Shown: piece after piece, positions 39,497 to 53,108 of the stretch
Position numbering within the stretch: the first letter of the stretch is position 1
Layout: every line of letters begins with the position of its first letter
Source: Eledone cirrhosa
Taxonomy: Eukaryota
Direction: 5' to 3'
Assembly (NCBI GenBank): GCA_964016885.1
Contig: OZ024743.1
Coordinates: 313,286,001-313,350,000, forward strand
Length of the DNA: 64,000 nt
Position numbers and translations under genes: made by a program
The notes under the pieces: generated by a model
What the model saw: the letters and a program-made list of their open reading frames with translations, nothing else
What the model was told of the DNA's origin: nothing
The model's database searches: none

Positions 39497-41094
39497 CTTA
39501 TAGTTTTCAAAATTTGTTGGGACACAATGGCTAGGCGATTAACCATGGCCGCCGGTAGGATTTCATTGCCTAAATGGAATTTAAAACCGGAACCATTACC
39601 TGAATTTAGGTTTATCTACCACACTGAAAGATAAAGTTAAACATGTTATTTTATTCTTCCAGTGTCGGTAAATAGAAACATAGGAGTGGATTGGTGAACT
39701 TTTTAGAGTTAGGGCAAGATTTGTTTCGGCATTTTCAGTTCTGAGCTCTCAAATTCTATTTTTGCTTCGTTAAAGCGTCAATTAGTTTTTAAACTCAACC
39801 CTTGCTCCTTGTATTGAGTATTGTTAAAACATCTGGTCTGGTGCTTCTGCCATGCACATTGAAAGTCTAGATATGATCTAACGAAGAATCGTCAACATTA
39901 TTGGTCCTGACTTATCATGACAGCTTCAATCACTATCACATAGTCGAAATGTTAACAGACATTATCTTTTTTATATTTTAATGAGAATTGTTCTAAGATT
40001 TTCTCTTTGTTGCCTCGTCACCACGAATTTAAAAGGAGCACAATATTGGCGGCTAGGTTTTATCCCTTTACAGATGACATTCCTAAATGCAATCGCAAAT
40101 TCTATTCTGATAGTTTCTTCCTTTGCACATCTCGCCTATGAAATCCTCTATTATGCACTTTTTGTCACTCTAACCATTAGAAAAACTGACTTAACAGTTG
40201 ATCCATTGTAAACCTGGAACCAACGACACTATTGTAAACGAATATTCATATAAATTAAAATAAATAAGAATTAGTTTCTTTTATTTTTTTTATAAACTTT
40301 CGTTCAAACCAAAATATAATTCAATTGATGTTTACTCGAAGTTCAAAGTATAAACCAATATTTAAATTTAGCGGCGCAGAAACATATTAAAAATATGACT
40401 TCCGGCTGTCAGGAGAAAGATGAAATATAGTTTTATTCCAATGGGAATAAATACATATATATATGCGTGTGTGAGTGTGTGTGTATCTGTGTGTGTGTGT
40501 ATATATATAATATATGTGTGTGTGTGTGTATGTATGAATATATATGTATGTATATATAAAAATATATATATAAGACAATAATATGTACATTTATAATGTT
40601 TTGTCTGTATGATAAAATATTTGTTAAAATACAAATATGATTTATTTCAACTCAGACACTTTCATCCCCACTCTGTTTCTTTTATTCTCTCCCATTGTCT
40701 CCCCTTTCTCTTTCTCTCTATATTCATCCCCCTCTTTCTCTATCCTTGTACACACACACACATATAAATATATATGTATATATAAATATTTATGTATATA
40801 TAAATATTTATGTATATATAAATATATATGTGTATATCATTTTTGATAGAATTGACTGACCAAAACTGCGTGTGATAAAAACATGGTTATATTTTGGATT
40901 TTTAATCTGACATATCCTTTTCAAAAACAACAAAACAAATCTAAGTGAAGAATTAGACGTACTGTTAAATACACACACAGATACACCGTCTCCCACCCAG
41001 CATATATATATATTTATATATATATATATATACCCCCCCCATCCCCCCACACATATATATATATATGTGTGTACAGGCGTGTTAACCTTCACGC

Positions 41095-43010
41095 TTTACA
41101 CGGAATTTCCAGTTTATTCTAGAGCATCAGTCAACTGGTAATGCAATAGCCAATTTAAAACAATCTCACTCCTATGTGTGGAAGGTAAGATCTTTTTGCA
41201 ATGCTAGCCAAAAGAATGACCTCATATATGATGGACAATGGGTACATCAACAGCTCTATCCACAAAGGTCAGATCCCGGGCTTTTCTGGTTGTGTGTATC
41301 AGACTGGAGTCCTTAGCCATATGATCCGTGAGGCTAGGAAAGGCAAGAGTTACCTGATAATGGTCTGGCTGGATTTAACCAACACATATAGATCAGTCCC
41401 TCATGCCCTGATAGAAACAACACTAGATCATTACCATATTACTTACCACATCACTGGAATGATCACCATCTACTTTGGAAGTTTTTAGTTACGGTTAAAA
41501 GCAGCTCATTTTACAACTCATTGGTAGGAGCTTGAAAAGCTAATTGGAACTGGCTGCACAATCTCTCTGAATGGGAACGAACCACCTTAAATCGGCTACT
41601 GACAAATAATCCCATGGACCAAGTATGTTATCGGGAGTCCAACAACACCCAAAAATAAGAGGTGTCATAGATGATCTCACCGTGACGACCACAGACAAGG
41701 AGGACGCGAGACGGGTGTTGGTATGTATGAGCCATGTAGCAACATGGCTCAAGCCTAGGAAATCTAGATATATGGTGATCAGGAAAGGTAGAGTGATAGG
41801 GAAGTGCAGATTGCAAGTACAGTGGGAGTTTACTCAACCAATCCACGGAAACCTAACAAAATTAAGGTAGTTTGATGATTCACATTATGACAGGAACAGC
41901 ATCACCAATACAGAAAAGCTGATAAAGGAATGCCTGAGGAGAATTCAGAAATCATTGCTCTCAGGGAAGTTTAAATCATGGTCCTACCAGTACGGCTTGC
42001 TGCCGAGAGACATATGGCTGCTAATCATGTATGAAGTCGCTATGTCAAGGGTGGAGAAAGTGGAGAGCAAGATAAAAAAAAACTTCCGACAGTGGTTTGG
42101 AATCCCTCCAAGCTTACTAAACTTAGCCTCTATATAAGATCAGGACAATTCTAGCCCCCCCCCCTGTCATCTGTGGTGGAGAAATTCAAGATGGCAATGT
42201 ATAGAATGAGGATGCTGTTTCAAGACTCACAAGACACACAAATCAGGGATGCAGTTATCACTCTGTTATCACTGCAGATCAGAACGCAAATAGATAGCTG
42301 ACGCTACTGTCACGCCAGCAGAAAGTGTGCTGAAGCTAAGAAACATAAGAATAACATGCACAGGAAGAGAAGGTCTCGGAATTCCCCCTTTCCAACAATG
42401 GGGAGAAGCAGACAAAAAGGAGAGGAGAGTCAGGACCCAGGAAGAAGTGCGGCACCAGGAGGAGGAAATACGAAAATCAAGGCTGTGGAACTAACATCTC
42501 AGGGAGCCTGGACTCAATAGAACCTCCCCAAGAGGAAGATTACTTGAGTAGATTTATGGAGATTGGAATGAATCTTTCCGAATATCATTTCTGTTGCGAT
42601 TGGTTTATGATACGCTACCGACCCCAACAAATTTTGGCAGATGGGACATGAGGGAGGATACATCGTGTCGGCTCTGTGGAAAACGAGGCCCATGGCACAC
42701 ATTTTATCAGCTTTTGGTGAAGTGAGATATAGATGGCACCAGGATAACGCGTTCATGGCGCTTGCCAACCCTCTTGACCAAGAGAAACGTAGGGAACACC
42801 AAACACGGAGGAAATTTACACCATGAATTAGGTTTGTGAATGAGAAAGAAAAGCCATCTACAATAGTTAAAATATGTAGCGTACTACAAATGGCCCAATC
42901 ATGGGATATGAGGGTTGATATGGATGTAGGTTGCAGTAATTTGATCACCGCCGCTGACACACCAGCGAGAAGATGTTACGGGTTGAAGGTCGAAGCCCTC
43001 GATGAACATT
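41095..43010 (+). pseudogene. Degenerate RLE-type non-LTR retrotransposon (HERO-like)
   Basis: LAKRMTSYM, IPGFSGC, VWLDLTNTYRSVPH, GTGCTIS, DDLTVTT, KPRKSR, GKFKSWSYQYGLLPR, RYRWHQDN, SWDMRVD. Confidence 0.82.
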
Positions 43011-44741
43011 GGGCACCGTCTGATGACATCAATGCTTCATGGCCAAGACTATGTTCACCGAAAGAGAATGAAGTGAGGTATTTTCTTGAAAATGTAATTA
43101 CGCCTGTAGTCTATGACGTTATCTTCGAAGAGTCTTGTGTTATAGCTATAAATAAATATTAGCCGGTTAAAGACCAGTTTAAAACACTCACACACACACA
43201 CTCACACATACGCACGTACACACATACACATACACACATATATACACATACCCCCCCCCCCCATAAAGCTGCTATGGAGAAATGTATTGACGATATCGAT
43301 TTGTTTTCGCTATTTCAATTATCTTCTAGAATTTATTTCCTATACATTGCTTAACCTTCCTCTTTGGCATTGTTTTCACACTGATTTTTTTCTCAGTAGT
43401 CTACTCAAAAACCTAAAGACAGCAAAATCGTCAACCTGTTGGGAAATTTTACCCTTCATGGAGTTCCCAATTATCTCCCCGACCAGACAACCTCTCACAT
43501 TTTATTTCCAATCTTCTGTGACCTTTCATCCAAAATGTCACCTGAATATCTTTTCTAAACTATTTCGAAATATTGACGAGACTTCATTGAAATTGAATAC
43601 AATTTTCAGCTCAATATATTAGACTAATCCAGTGCGGCAGAATGACAGAGGGGTCAGATCGTCCGACAAAATGCTTTGCGACATTTAATTATGGTTCTTT
43701 ATTTTCTAATTTCAAATGCCCAGTATATATAGGCCAACCTAATTATCAGCACTCTAAATTGATCCCATTCTAACATCAATTAGACGTGTGGAGTTGGGTG
43801 TTTTACTGAAGACCAAGGATTTTAATATGTGCAAAGTTATTTTTAAAACAATTATATTTGTCTTTATATAATCTGTCAACGTATAGTAAATATCTAGGTA
43901 TAATATGGCATCTTTGCTTTTCATCACCGCGGGGTCAATAAGGTAAAGTCCGACTACTGAAGCAATAGGTTGAGGTAATCGATTTACTGCACCATAATGC
44001 TGATTTTGTGCCTAAATTAAAAATGAATATTAGACCATACTTATTCCTCGTTGCTGATGTATGGATAGTCACTATGATAATGGCCTTTAGATTTGACAAA
44101 AGTTCATATATATGATTAGATAAGGTTTAGTAAGTTATTGGTGCTCATTCAAACTGAAAAATAGCCTCTCCATATGGTCGCTCGAATTTTCGTGGTCAAT
44201 AAAATTAAAAGTCAGTGTGGTGGACTGGCAAAATTGATAGAGCGGAAAATAAGGTGCCTTGTAGTGTTTGTTCAAATCCCGCGGCAGCCTTCCTGGTTGA
44301 TAGACAACATTTGTAGCCAGGTATAGTAATATTCCCTGGTCCATGCGAGTATTAACACCAGTTCTTCGGTTTGATGATATCTTGCATCACGTCTTCCTTT
44401 TAACCAAATTCAACATTCGGGAAAAAAGGTCAAGAGCACTATTTTTCTTCCTTGCTAAAACATTATATGCATATTTATATCTTCAATTTAAACGTCCGTA
44501 TAGAGCTAGTAAGCCACGACATCGAGTACTCCTTACAGTTGGTAATAAAAAAGAAGAGAAAAAAAGAAGAAAAAACTAAAAACTAAAATTTAAAATAAAA
44601 TAAGCGAAAAAGGTGAAAAATAAAATAACAAAAATAAAATTTCAAATATTGAAGGCCAATGGGAGGCTGGTTATGCCTAAGAAAACGAAAAAGAAAAGAG
44701 GAAACAAGGGAAGCTGTAGTAAAACAGCTATATATATATGT

Positions 44742-44807
<66 letters not shown>

Positions 44808-45342
44808 ATACTTGGGGAGGGTCATATTTGCGTAATATTGCCAGAATTAATAACAGAACACACACTGTTTGGTTGGTTTTCGCTTCTCGCTGTCTTTTAT
44901 TATATCTGCGATCTAACTTACTCGGTCCTCAATGTTGCCATTGACTGACCGGCGGTCAAAAATAATACAGATACAATATAGACACAAACACATATATATA
45001 TATATAGTTTACATAATTTACATAAATCTTTCGTTGCACATCTGCAACATCGTCAGTGGTGTTATATTCATTGTTCCTCCTGTTGTGTTGTATGCCTACG
45101 CCATTTTTTATTCAGTCTGTCTATATATTTATTTATTTATTTGCTTGTTTGTTTATCTTATTTTATTTTTTTTTGTCTTCTTTGCGCATGCGTTTGCGTG
45201 TGTGTATAGTGTTATGTGTGATGTGTGACTAGTGTGTATAGTGTTGTGTCTGCTGGGTGACTAGTGTGTGTTTATGTGCTTGTTGTTATTGTGCTTGTGT
45301 ATGTATTTATTTATCTTATTTTATTTAATTTTATTTACTTAT

Positions 45343-48082
45343 TTATACTTCTCTTAGGTCAGTGTTGTTTGTTTGGGTGTTGTTGTTGTTCCACTCATTC
45401 TTTCTGTTTAGCTTTGGTCTTCTAATTTCTATTTCACTGGCCTCTCTGATTTGCCTATCTGCTGGGTCATTCCTATGTTTAGATATTATTCTAATTTCTA
45501 TGTTGTCTATGTTACCGTCATGTTGTTGTCTAGCATGTTCGTATAGTACTGACCCGTTTTTTCGTCCTTTTAGTTCCCCCCAGTGTTGGTCTATCCTTTC
45601 ACCTATGCTACGAGCTGTCTCACCTATGTATGTTGTTGTCATGTTTCTGCAAGTACCCTCTGTACATCTTATGCTATAGACTACGTTTCTAGTTTTACAG
45701 TTTATCCGGGGGTTCACCTTACATATGATACACTTCCTATTGGTACAGTGGGTTTTCTTAAAAGGGTAGGTTTTGCTGATCAGGGATTTTATGGTGGTTC
45801 CTGGCTTTTCTACCACCTTTATTTTTAAGTGGGTCTTTCTCAGGGCCTTTCTACACTGGTTAGCTAATTTCCCTCCACAAACATGACACTCTGATATCTC
45901 TGGTTGTCGTACCATGATGTGGCCTTCCCTATCTTATGTCTAGCCCTATCTAAGCTATTCCATGATTTGCTCCTGTATAGTGGGCAGATTCCTTTCATGT
46001 CCAGTTCTATGAGGGTCTTATACTTTTCCATGGCTCCTTCGTATACTCTGACTCTGTCTCTTTGGTTGTAGCCAGAGAACGGCATGCGGTTGATGAAGTG
46101 TTGGATGTGTCCTTCCATTTCTGTTGGGTCGCACATGCTGGACACATTCTTCATCACTCGTACCAAATCTGCGATCAGAATATTAAACTTAGCACTACTG
46201 GACATTGCTGAGTTTTTGAGTATCAGGTATTTGGAGGCCATGGGTTTAGCATAGTGTGAGTGGAGAATTTGGGCTCTCTCGTCTATAGTGTTAATCCAGA
46301 GTTCTGTGTCTAATACAGGTAGTCTATTGTTAGGGTGTTTGGAAGGGAAGTCTATAGTTACAGTTATACTCTGGTGTATGGAATTAGCTATCTGCTGGAT
46401 GCTTTCCATCGTGCTACGTTCTAAATCGAACTTGTTAGTGCTCTCTAGTGGGGGTGTTCTTATAACTATATTGATATCATCTACATAACGAGAGTACATG
46501 ATGAGGTCTATGGAGCTTTCATTAAGGAGATCTTTAAGTCTCCTTTCCCACCATACCATGAAAAGGTTGGCAACATCACCAGCTATGCTGACGCCGATGG
46601 CTGCTCCCTCATTTTGGGTGTAGATTTTCTCATTGAACTTAAATATGTGGCCCTTTAGGGTAGTTTTGATACTAGCCCCTATTGCATGTGCGACCATTTT
46701 TCTTACCTGATCAGTGTTTTGGGGGGGTCCGTATGGCTTTGGTCCACCCAATCCACCTTCCTATGGGAGTCTTTTTAGCCATTGAGGTTATGGTGGGGGG
46801 TCTACCTCTTATAGGTCTACTAGGGCAGAAACATCTAAGGTCATGGCTGTCTAGGTAGTCAGTGTCGTAGGTAAGTCTAAGTAGGAGGCCCAGTTCGTCT
46901 GTGTCGACGTCGCAGAACTCCACCTCACTCTCAATGATCATCTCCACACATCTTTTCACAGCAAAATCAATGTTAATGGATGGGTACAGTGACACTACAT
47001 CCATGCTGCCTATTATGCAGTTGGATAGGCTCCTGTTTTTGTTGCACTCACTGATTCTGCTGAGGAGGTCCTCTGTACTTTCACATACATCGGGGGACAT
47101 CTTGATTATGGGGCGTATAACCATTGAGAGGAAGTAGGAGATCCTGTAGTTGCTAGCTATATTAGCTCCGCATACGGGTCTTGTTGGTGGTCCTGTTGTC
47201 GGGTCGTCGACTGTCTTGTGGTCTTTGCGGAGCCCATACAAGGGTGGTATGCCATTGTTAGACGCCTGGAAGTTGTTGGCAGTGCGTCTGCTTGGCTTTA
47301 GGATGTCAGTCCACATCATCATGTGAGCGTTGAGGATTTTTTCTCTCCCATCGTGTGTTATTTGTGCAACTTCGCTCGTGTTGGTGATGTGGGGTTGCAT
47401 TGCCTCGATGTAGTTCGGCATGCTATCTATTGACATCCTACCAGACTTATCTGTGGGTAGACACACTACCTCACCATCTCTTGTGCGCTGCTTGAGGCTA
47501 ACCAAGCCTTCTACAGGTTTTCTCCCAAGTTGTTGGGCCTCTGGTCTGCTCTGTCTCATAGTGTACCTGTCTACTACCTGTCTAATCTTATTTCTGGCTA
47601 TGGTGAACTGTGCCTCCGTCTCGTCATCTATTTGCTGTGGTATGCAAACTCTTTTATTAAAGGGTAACCTCGTAGGATAGATATTACCCATCTTATATGT
47701 TTTGTCAGCTGGGTTGAAAAATAGTTTCTCTAAGGGGTTGTCGTTATTTCTATCGTCATAGTTGTGTGTGTTGCTATTATTGTTATCATGGTGGTTGTTG
47801 TTGTTTCTATCATTAGCATTATTATTATTATTGTTATGATTGCTAGATGTATTGTTGTTTACTTCACCGTTATTGTTGTTGTTGTTACTGCTATTTCTAC
47901 CATTGTGGTTGTTACTATTATTATGTTTCTTGTTTTTGTTGATGTTGCTACATGTACTATTTTCATTATTACCACTGTGGTTATTGTTGTTGTTGTTCGT
48001 ATTGTTACAGTTATTACTACTGTGGTCACTGTTGCTGTGTCTGTGGTTAACGTTTCTATTATTATTATTATTGTGGTTGTTG
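45343..48082 (-). pseudogene. Left arm: PLE Asn-rich N-terminal region + RT + GIY-YIG, two frameshifts (~46720 and ~45870)
   Basis: ORFs 46711-48168, 45864-46751 and 45343-45915 of the track. Confidence 0.9.
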
Positions 48083-48085
48083 TTG

Positions 48086-49723
48086 GTTAGCCTCAAGCAG
48101 CGCACAAGGGATGGTGAGGTAGTGTGTCTACCCACAGATAAGTCTGGTAGGATGTCAATAGATAGCATGCCGAACTACATCGAGGCAATGCAACCCCACA
48201 TCACCAACACGAGCGAAGTTGCACAAATAACACACGATGGGAGAGAAAAAATCCTCAACGCTCACATGATGATGTGGACTGACATCCTAAAGCCAAGCAG
48301 ACGCACTGCCAACAACTTCCAGGCGTCTAACAATGGCATACCACCCTTGTATGGGCTCCGCAAAGACCACAAGACAGTCGACGACCCGACAACAGGACCA
48401 CCAACAAGACCCGTATGCGGAGCTAATATAGCTAGCAACTACAGGATCTCCTACTTCCTCTCAATGGTTATACGCCCCATAATCAAGATGTCCCCCGATG
48501 TATGTGAAAGTACAGAGGACCTCCTCAGCAGAATCAGTGAGTGCAACAAAAACAGGAGCCTATCCAACTGCATAATAGGCAGCATGGATGTAGTGTCACT
48601 GTACCCATCCATTAACATTGATTTTGCTGTGAAAAGATGTGTGGAGATGATCATTGAGAGTGAGGTGGAGTTCTGCGACGTCGACACAGACGAACTGGGC
48701 CTCCTACTTAGACTTACCTACGACACTGACTACCTAGACAGCCATGACCTTAGATGTTTCTGCCCTAGTAGACCTATAAGAGGTAGACCCCCCACCATAA
48801 CCTCAATGGCTAAAAAGACTCCCATAGGAAGGTGGATTGGGTGGACCAAAGCCATACGGACCCCCCAAAACACTGATCAGGTAAGAAAAATGGTCGCACA
48901 TGCAATAGGGGCTAGTATCAAAACTACCCTAAAGGGCCACATATTTAAGTTCAATGAGAAAATCTACACCCAAAATGAGGGAGCAGCCATCGGCGTCAGC
49001 ATAGCTGGTGATGTTGCCAACCTTTTCATGGTATGGTGGGAAAGGAGACTTAAAGATCTCCTTAATGAAAGCTCCATAGACCTCATCATGTACTCTCGTT
49101 ATGTAGATGATATCAATATAGTTATAAGAACACCCCCACTAGAGAGCACTAACAAGTTCGATTTAGAACGTAGCACGATGGAAAGCATCCAGCAGATAGC
49201 TAATTCCATACACCAGAGTATAACTGTAACTATAGACTTCCCTTCCAAACACCCTAACAATAGACTACCTGTATTAGACACAGAACTCTGGATTAACACT
49301 ATAGACGAGAGAGCCCAAATTCTCCACTCACACTATGCTAAACCCATGGCCTCCAAATACCTGATACTCAAAAACTCAGCAATGTCCAGTAGTGCTAAGT
49401 TTAATATTCTGATCGCAGATTTGGTACGAGTGATGAAGAATGTGTCTAGCATGTGCGACCCAACAGAAATGGAAGGACACATCCAACACTTCATCAACCG
49501 CATGCAGTTCTCTGGCTACAACCAAAGAGACAGAGTCAGAGTATACGAAGGAGCCATGGAAAAGTATAAGACCCTCATAGAACTGGACATGAAAGGAATC
49601 TGCCCACTATACAGGAGCAAATCATGGAATAGCTTAGATAGGGCTAGACATAAGATAGGGAAGGCCACATCATGGTACGACAACCAGAGATATCAGAGTG
49701 TCATGTTTGTGGAGGGAAATTAG
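48086..49723 (+). CDS. Right arm: PLE reverse transcriptase (5'-truncated; frameshift before endonuclease)
   Basis: TDKSG, LYGLRKDHK, RPVCGA, SMDVVSLYPSI, QNEGAAIG, YSRYVDD, LPVLD, YAKP; the upstream poly-Leu part of the ORF call is the antisense Asn repeat. Confidence 0.9.
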   Translation, partial: VSLKQRTRDGEVVCLPTDKSGRMSIDSMPNYIEAMQPHITNTSEVAQITHDGREKILNAHMMMWTDILKPSRRTANNFQASNNGIPPLYGLRKDHKTVDDPTTGPPTRPVCGANIASNYRISYFLSMVIRPIIKMSPDVCESTEDLLSRISECNKNRSLSNCIIGSMDVVSLYPSINIDFAVKRCVEMIIESEVEFCDVDTDELGLLLRLTYDTDYLDSHDLRCFCPSRPIRGRPPTITSMAKKTPIGRWIGWTKAIRTPQNTDQVRKMVAHAIGASIKTTLKGHIFKFNEKIYTQNEGAAIGVSIAGDVANLFMVWWERRLKDLLNESSIDLIMYSRYVDDINIVIRTPPLESTNKFDLERSTMESIQQIANSIHQSITVTIDFPSKHPNNRLPVLDTELWINTIDERAQILHSHYAKPMASKYLILKNSAMSSSAKFNILIADLVRVMKNVSSMCDPTEMEGHIQHFINRMQFSGYNQRDRVRVYEGAMEKYKTLIELDMKGICPLYRSKSWNSLDRARHKIGKATSWYDNQRYQSVMFVEGN

Positions 49724-50244
49724 CTAACCAGTGTAGAAAGGCCCTGAGAAAGACCCACTTAAAAATAAAGGTGGTAGAAAAGCCAGGAACCACCATAAAA
49801 TCCCTGATCAGCAAAACCTACCCTTTTAAGAAAACCCACTGTACCAATAGGAAGTGTATCATATGTAAGGTGAACCCCCGGATAAACTGTAAAACTAGAA
49901 ACGTAGTCTATAGCATAAGATGTACAGAGGGTACTTGCAGAAACATGACAACAACATACATAGGTGAGACAGCTCGTAGCATAGGTGAAAGGATAGACCA
50001 ACACTGGGGGGAACTAAAAGGACGAAAAAACGGGTCAGTACTATACGAACATGCTAGACAACAACATGACGGTAACATAGACAACATAGAAATTAGAATA
50101 ATATCTAAACATAGGAATGACCCAGCAGATAGGCAAATCAGAGAGGCCAGTGAAATAGAAATTAGAAGACCAAAGCTAAACAGAAAGAATGAGTGGAACA
50201 ACAACAACACCCAAACAAACAACACTGACCTAAGAGAAGTATAA
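49720..50244 (+). CDS. Right arm: Cys linker + GIY-YIG endonuclease (Neptune-like linker)
   Basis: CTNRKCIICK...C, VVYSIRC, YIGETARS...R..H, R..REA..I, LN. Confidence 0.9.
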   Translation, partial: LANQCRKALRKTHLKIKVVEKPGTTIKSLISKTYPFKKTHCTNRKCIICKVNPRINCKTRNVVYSIRCTEGTCRNMTTTYIGETARSIGERIDQHWGELKGRKNGSVLYEHARQQHDGNIDNIEIRIISKHRNDPADRQIREASEIEIRRPKLNRKNEWNNNNTQTNNTDLREV

Positions 50245-50526
50245 ATAAGTAAATAAAATTAAATAAAATAAGATAAATAAATACATACACAAGCACAATA
50301 ACAACAAGCACATAAACACACACTAATCACCCAGCAGACACAACACTATACACACTAGTCACACATCACACATAACACTATACACACACGCAAACGCATG
50401 CGCAAAGAAGACAAAAAAAAAATAAAATAAGATAAACAAACAAGCAAATAAATAAATAAATATATAGACAGACTGAATAAAAAATGGCGTAGGCATACAA
50501 CACAACAGGAGGAACAATGAATATAA

Positions 50527-50568
50527 CACCACTGACGATGTTGCAGATGTGCAACGAAAGATTTATGT
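50527..50568 (+). ncRNA. Hammerhead-like motif in family C pLTR (also 45020-45061(-) and ~16210-16252(+)); stem I weak
   Basis: CUGACGA-U-GUUGCA-GAUG-UGCAAC-GAAA. Confidence 0.5.
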
Positions 50569-50830
50569 AAATTATGTAAACTATATATATATATATATGT
50601 GTTTGTGTCTATATTGTATCTGTATTATTTTTGACCGCCGGTCAGTCAATGGCAACATTGAGGACCGAGTAAGTTAGATCGCAGATATAATAAAAGACAG
50701 CGAGAAGCGAAAACCAACCAAACAGTGAGTGTGTTCTGTTATTAATTCTGGCAATATTACGCAAATATAACCCTCCCCAAGTATAACAATATCTGTTTCG
50801 ACACACGATTTCATATAAAAAACCTCGCAA

Positions 50831-50875
<45 letters not shown>

Positions 50876-50880
<5 letters not shown>

Positions 50881-51038
50881 ATACTTGGGGAGGGTCATAT
50901 TTGCGTAATATTGCCAGAATTAATAACAGAACACACTCACTGTTTGGTTGGTTTTCGCTTCTCGCTGGCTTTTATATCTGCGATCTAACTTACTCGGTCT
51001 TCAATGTTGCCATTGACTGACCGACGGTCAAAAATAAT
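50876..51038 (-). mobile_element. Extra short inverted copy of the family C pLTR end across a (TA)n tract
   Basis: Near-identical to 44802-44967 and reverse complement of ~50625-50790. Confidence 0.9.
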
Positions 51039-51331
51039 ATTGGGTAATTGCTGGCCTTGTGCCTAAAGTAGAAATAATTATACATATATATATATATATG
51101 TGCGTATATATATATATATATATATATATGTGCGTGTGTGTGTGTACATATACATGTATACATGTGTATCTGTATGTCTGTATAATGTGGAGAATATTTA
51201 TTATGAGGAAAGATCGAAAATGAAATTCACCACTATTCCTAGTTTCTCGATGTGTATCGTAACACCCGACGACAATATATATATATATATATATATATAC
51301 AGTGTATATTATACACTCATACGTACATACA

Positions 51332-51363
<32 letters not shown>

Positions 51364-51786
51364 GAAAAAGGGAGAAAGAGATATACAAAGATGGAGAGAA
51401 AAAAGAGAAACAAAGACACATACACTTGATATAATGTGATATGAGTCTTGTTTAACCTTTGTGTCGCTTTAGTCACATTATTTGACCTAAGACCAAAGTG
51501 GACCTATTTGTATGGTGTAAAACAATAATTTTTTTTATTGCAATCGAGACATTTTCTGCAATTCTTGACAGGTCTCAATTTAGAAAAAGTGTATTTTGAA
51601 TGGTTTCTCTGACATCACTTTCACCTACACCTTTAAATATATTTTATTGTGTTCAAACCTAGACACGGTTCGATCTAACAATACCACGTACACTCACTTT
51701 TCCATTGTTACTGAAACACAGATACATACACACATATACATATGTATACATACAAACATATATAAATATATATATATTGATATACA

Positions 51787-51902
<116 letters not shown>

Positions 51903-52259
51903 CACACACACACACGCACACACACACACACACACAGATATATATATAAATAGATATATATGTGTATATATAAATACATATATATAAATTGATATATATG
52001 TGTATATATAAATACATATATATAAATTGATATATATGTGTATATATAAATACATATATACATATATACGGACACACACGAACACACACCTACATATACG
52101 TATACGTATATATATATATATATGCACATGTATATGTTGGTGTGTGTTGGTGTGTGTCCGTATATATGTATATATGTATTTATATATACACATATATATC
52201 TATTTATATATATATATGTTTCTGTGGGTGTGTATGTATGTATATATATATATATGGTG

Positions 52260-52520
52260 CTACTGGTAACATGTATCCCAGTACAACCTGTCTCATGGTC
52301 GGGTCATTGGCGACTAAACTGGCAACCCCACCAAGGTTTCTTAGTGAGGAGGGTGACTTTGAACATCCTGCAGGACTAAAAACAAAACCTGTCAAAGGGA
52401 AAAGGAGCTCTTACGAGTCAATGGGCATCCAAAATCACCGGGAGAGATGACCCCTTAGCGTTTGTCAAGGCAGAATTCTAGGAGAAGGAAAACTCTGATA
52501 TAACACCTGCAACCCTGATG
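52260..52520 (+). mobile_element. RTE-type LINE/SINE 5' UTR-like fragment
   Basis: CTAGGAGAAGGAAAACTCTGA (52478-52498) resembles the conserved RTE 5' UTR motif. Confidence 0.55.
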
Positions 52521-52862
52521 GTATCCAATGATGTTGACTTGTTCTTCTTTTTGGTAAATATCATCTTAGTTAAGAGAGTGGGACTGGCTTTGTGCAGTGC
52601 CTTTGCTCACTATAAAAGCTTCACGGCAGAGGCATTGCTTTATATCTGCAGATCTCTCTGCACTTGTCATCACATGGTACCATGGGCCCAGCACTATGTG
52701 TCAATAATTGTCACAAGTGCAGTGTTTGTACCAGAGTTTTCAAGTCGCTGGCTGGACTAAAAAGTCACACTCGTTCAGCGCATCGGTAAGGGTTCTCCTA
52801 CATGGATATAAAGTAGTGGTGGTACTCGAAAACGAGTTGGCAGCCACCATATATATATATAT

Positions 52863-52923
<61 letters not shown>

Positions 52924-52933
52924 TAGATGTATA

Positions 52934-53038
<105 letters not shown>

Positions 53039-53108
53039 GTTTCTATGTATGTATGTATATATGTATGTATGTATTTATATATGCATATCTTTATATATAT
53101 AATATATA

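Larger units (their letters stand above)
44802..50833. mobile_element. Family C Penelope-like element as a ~6 kb head-to-head inverted duplication (arms 44802-47505 and 48083-50790, 43 nt tail on right arm only), inserted in (TA)n
   Basis: Near-identical ORFs on opposite strands; near-identical pLTR ends; (TA)n on both sides. Confidence 0.95.

Noticed and set aside
47840-48085. Poly-Leu, transmembrane-like N-terminus of the 627 aa ORF
   Set aside because: Antisense reading of the Asn repeat of the opposite arm, fused in frame by the inversion junction
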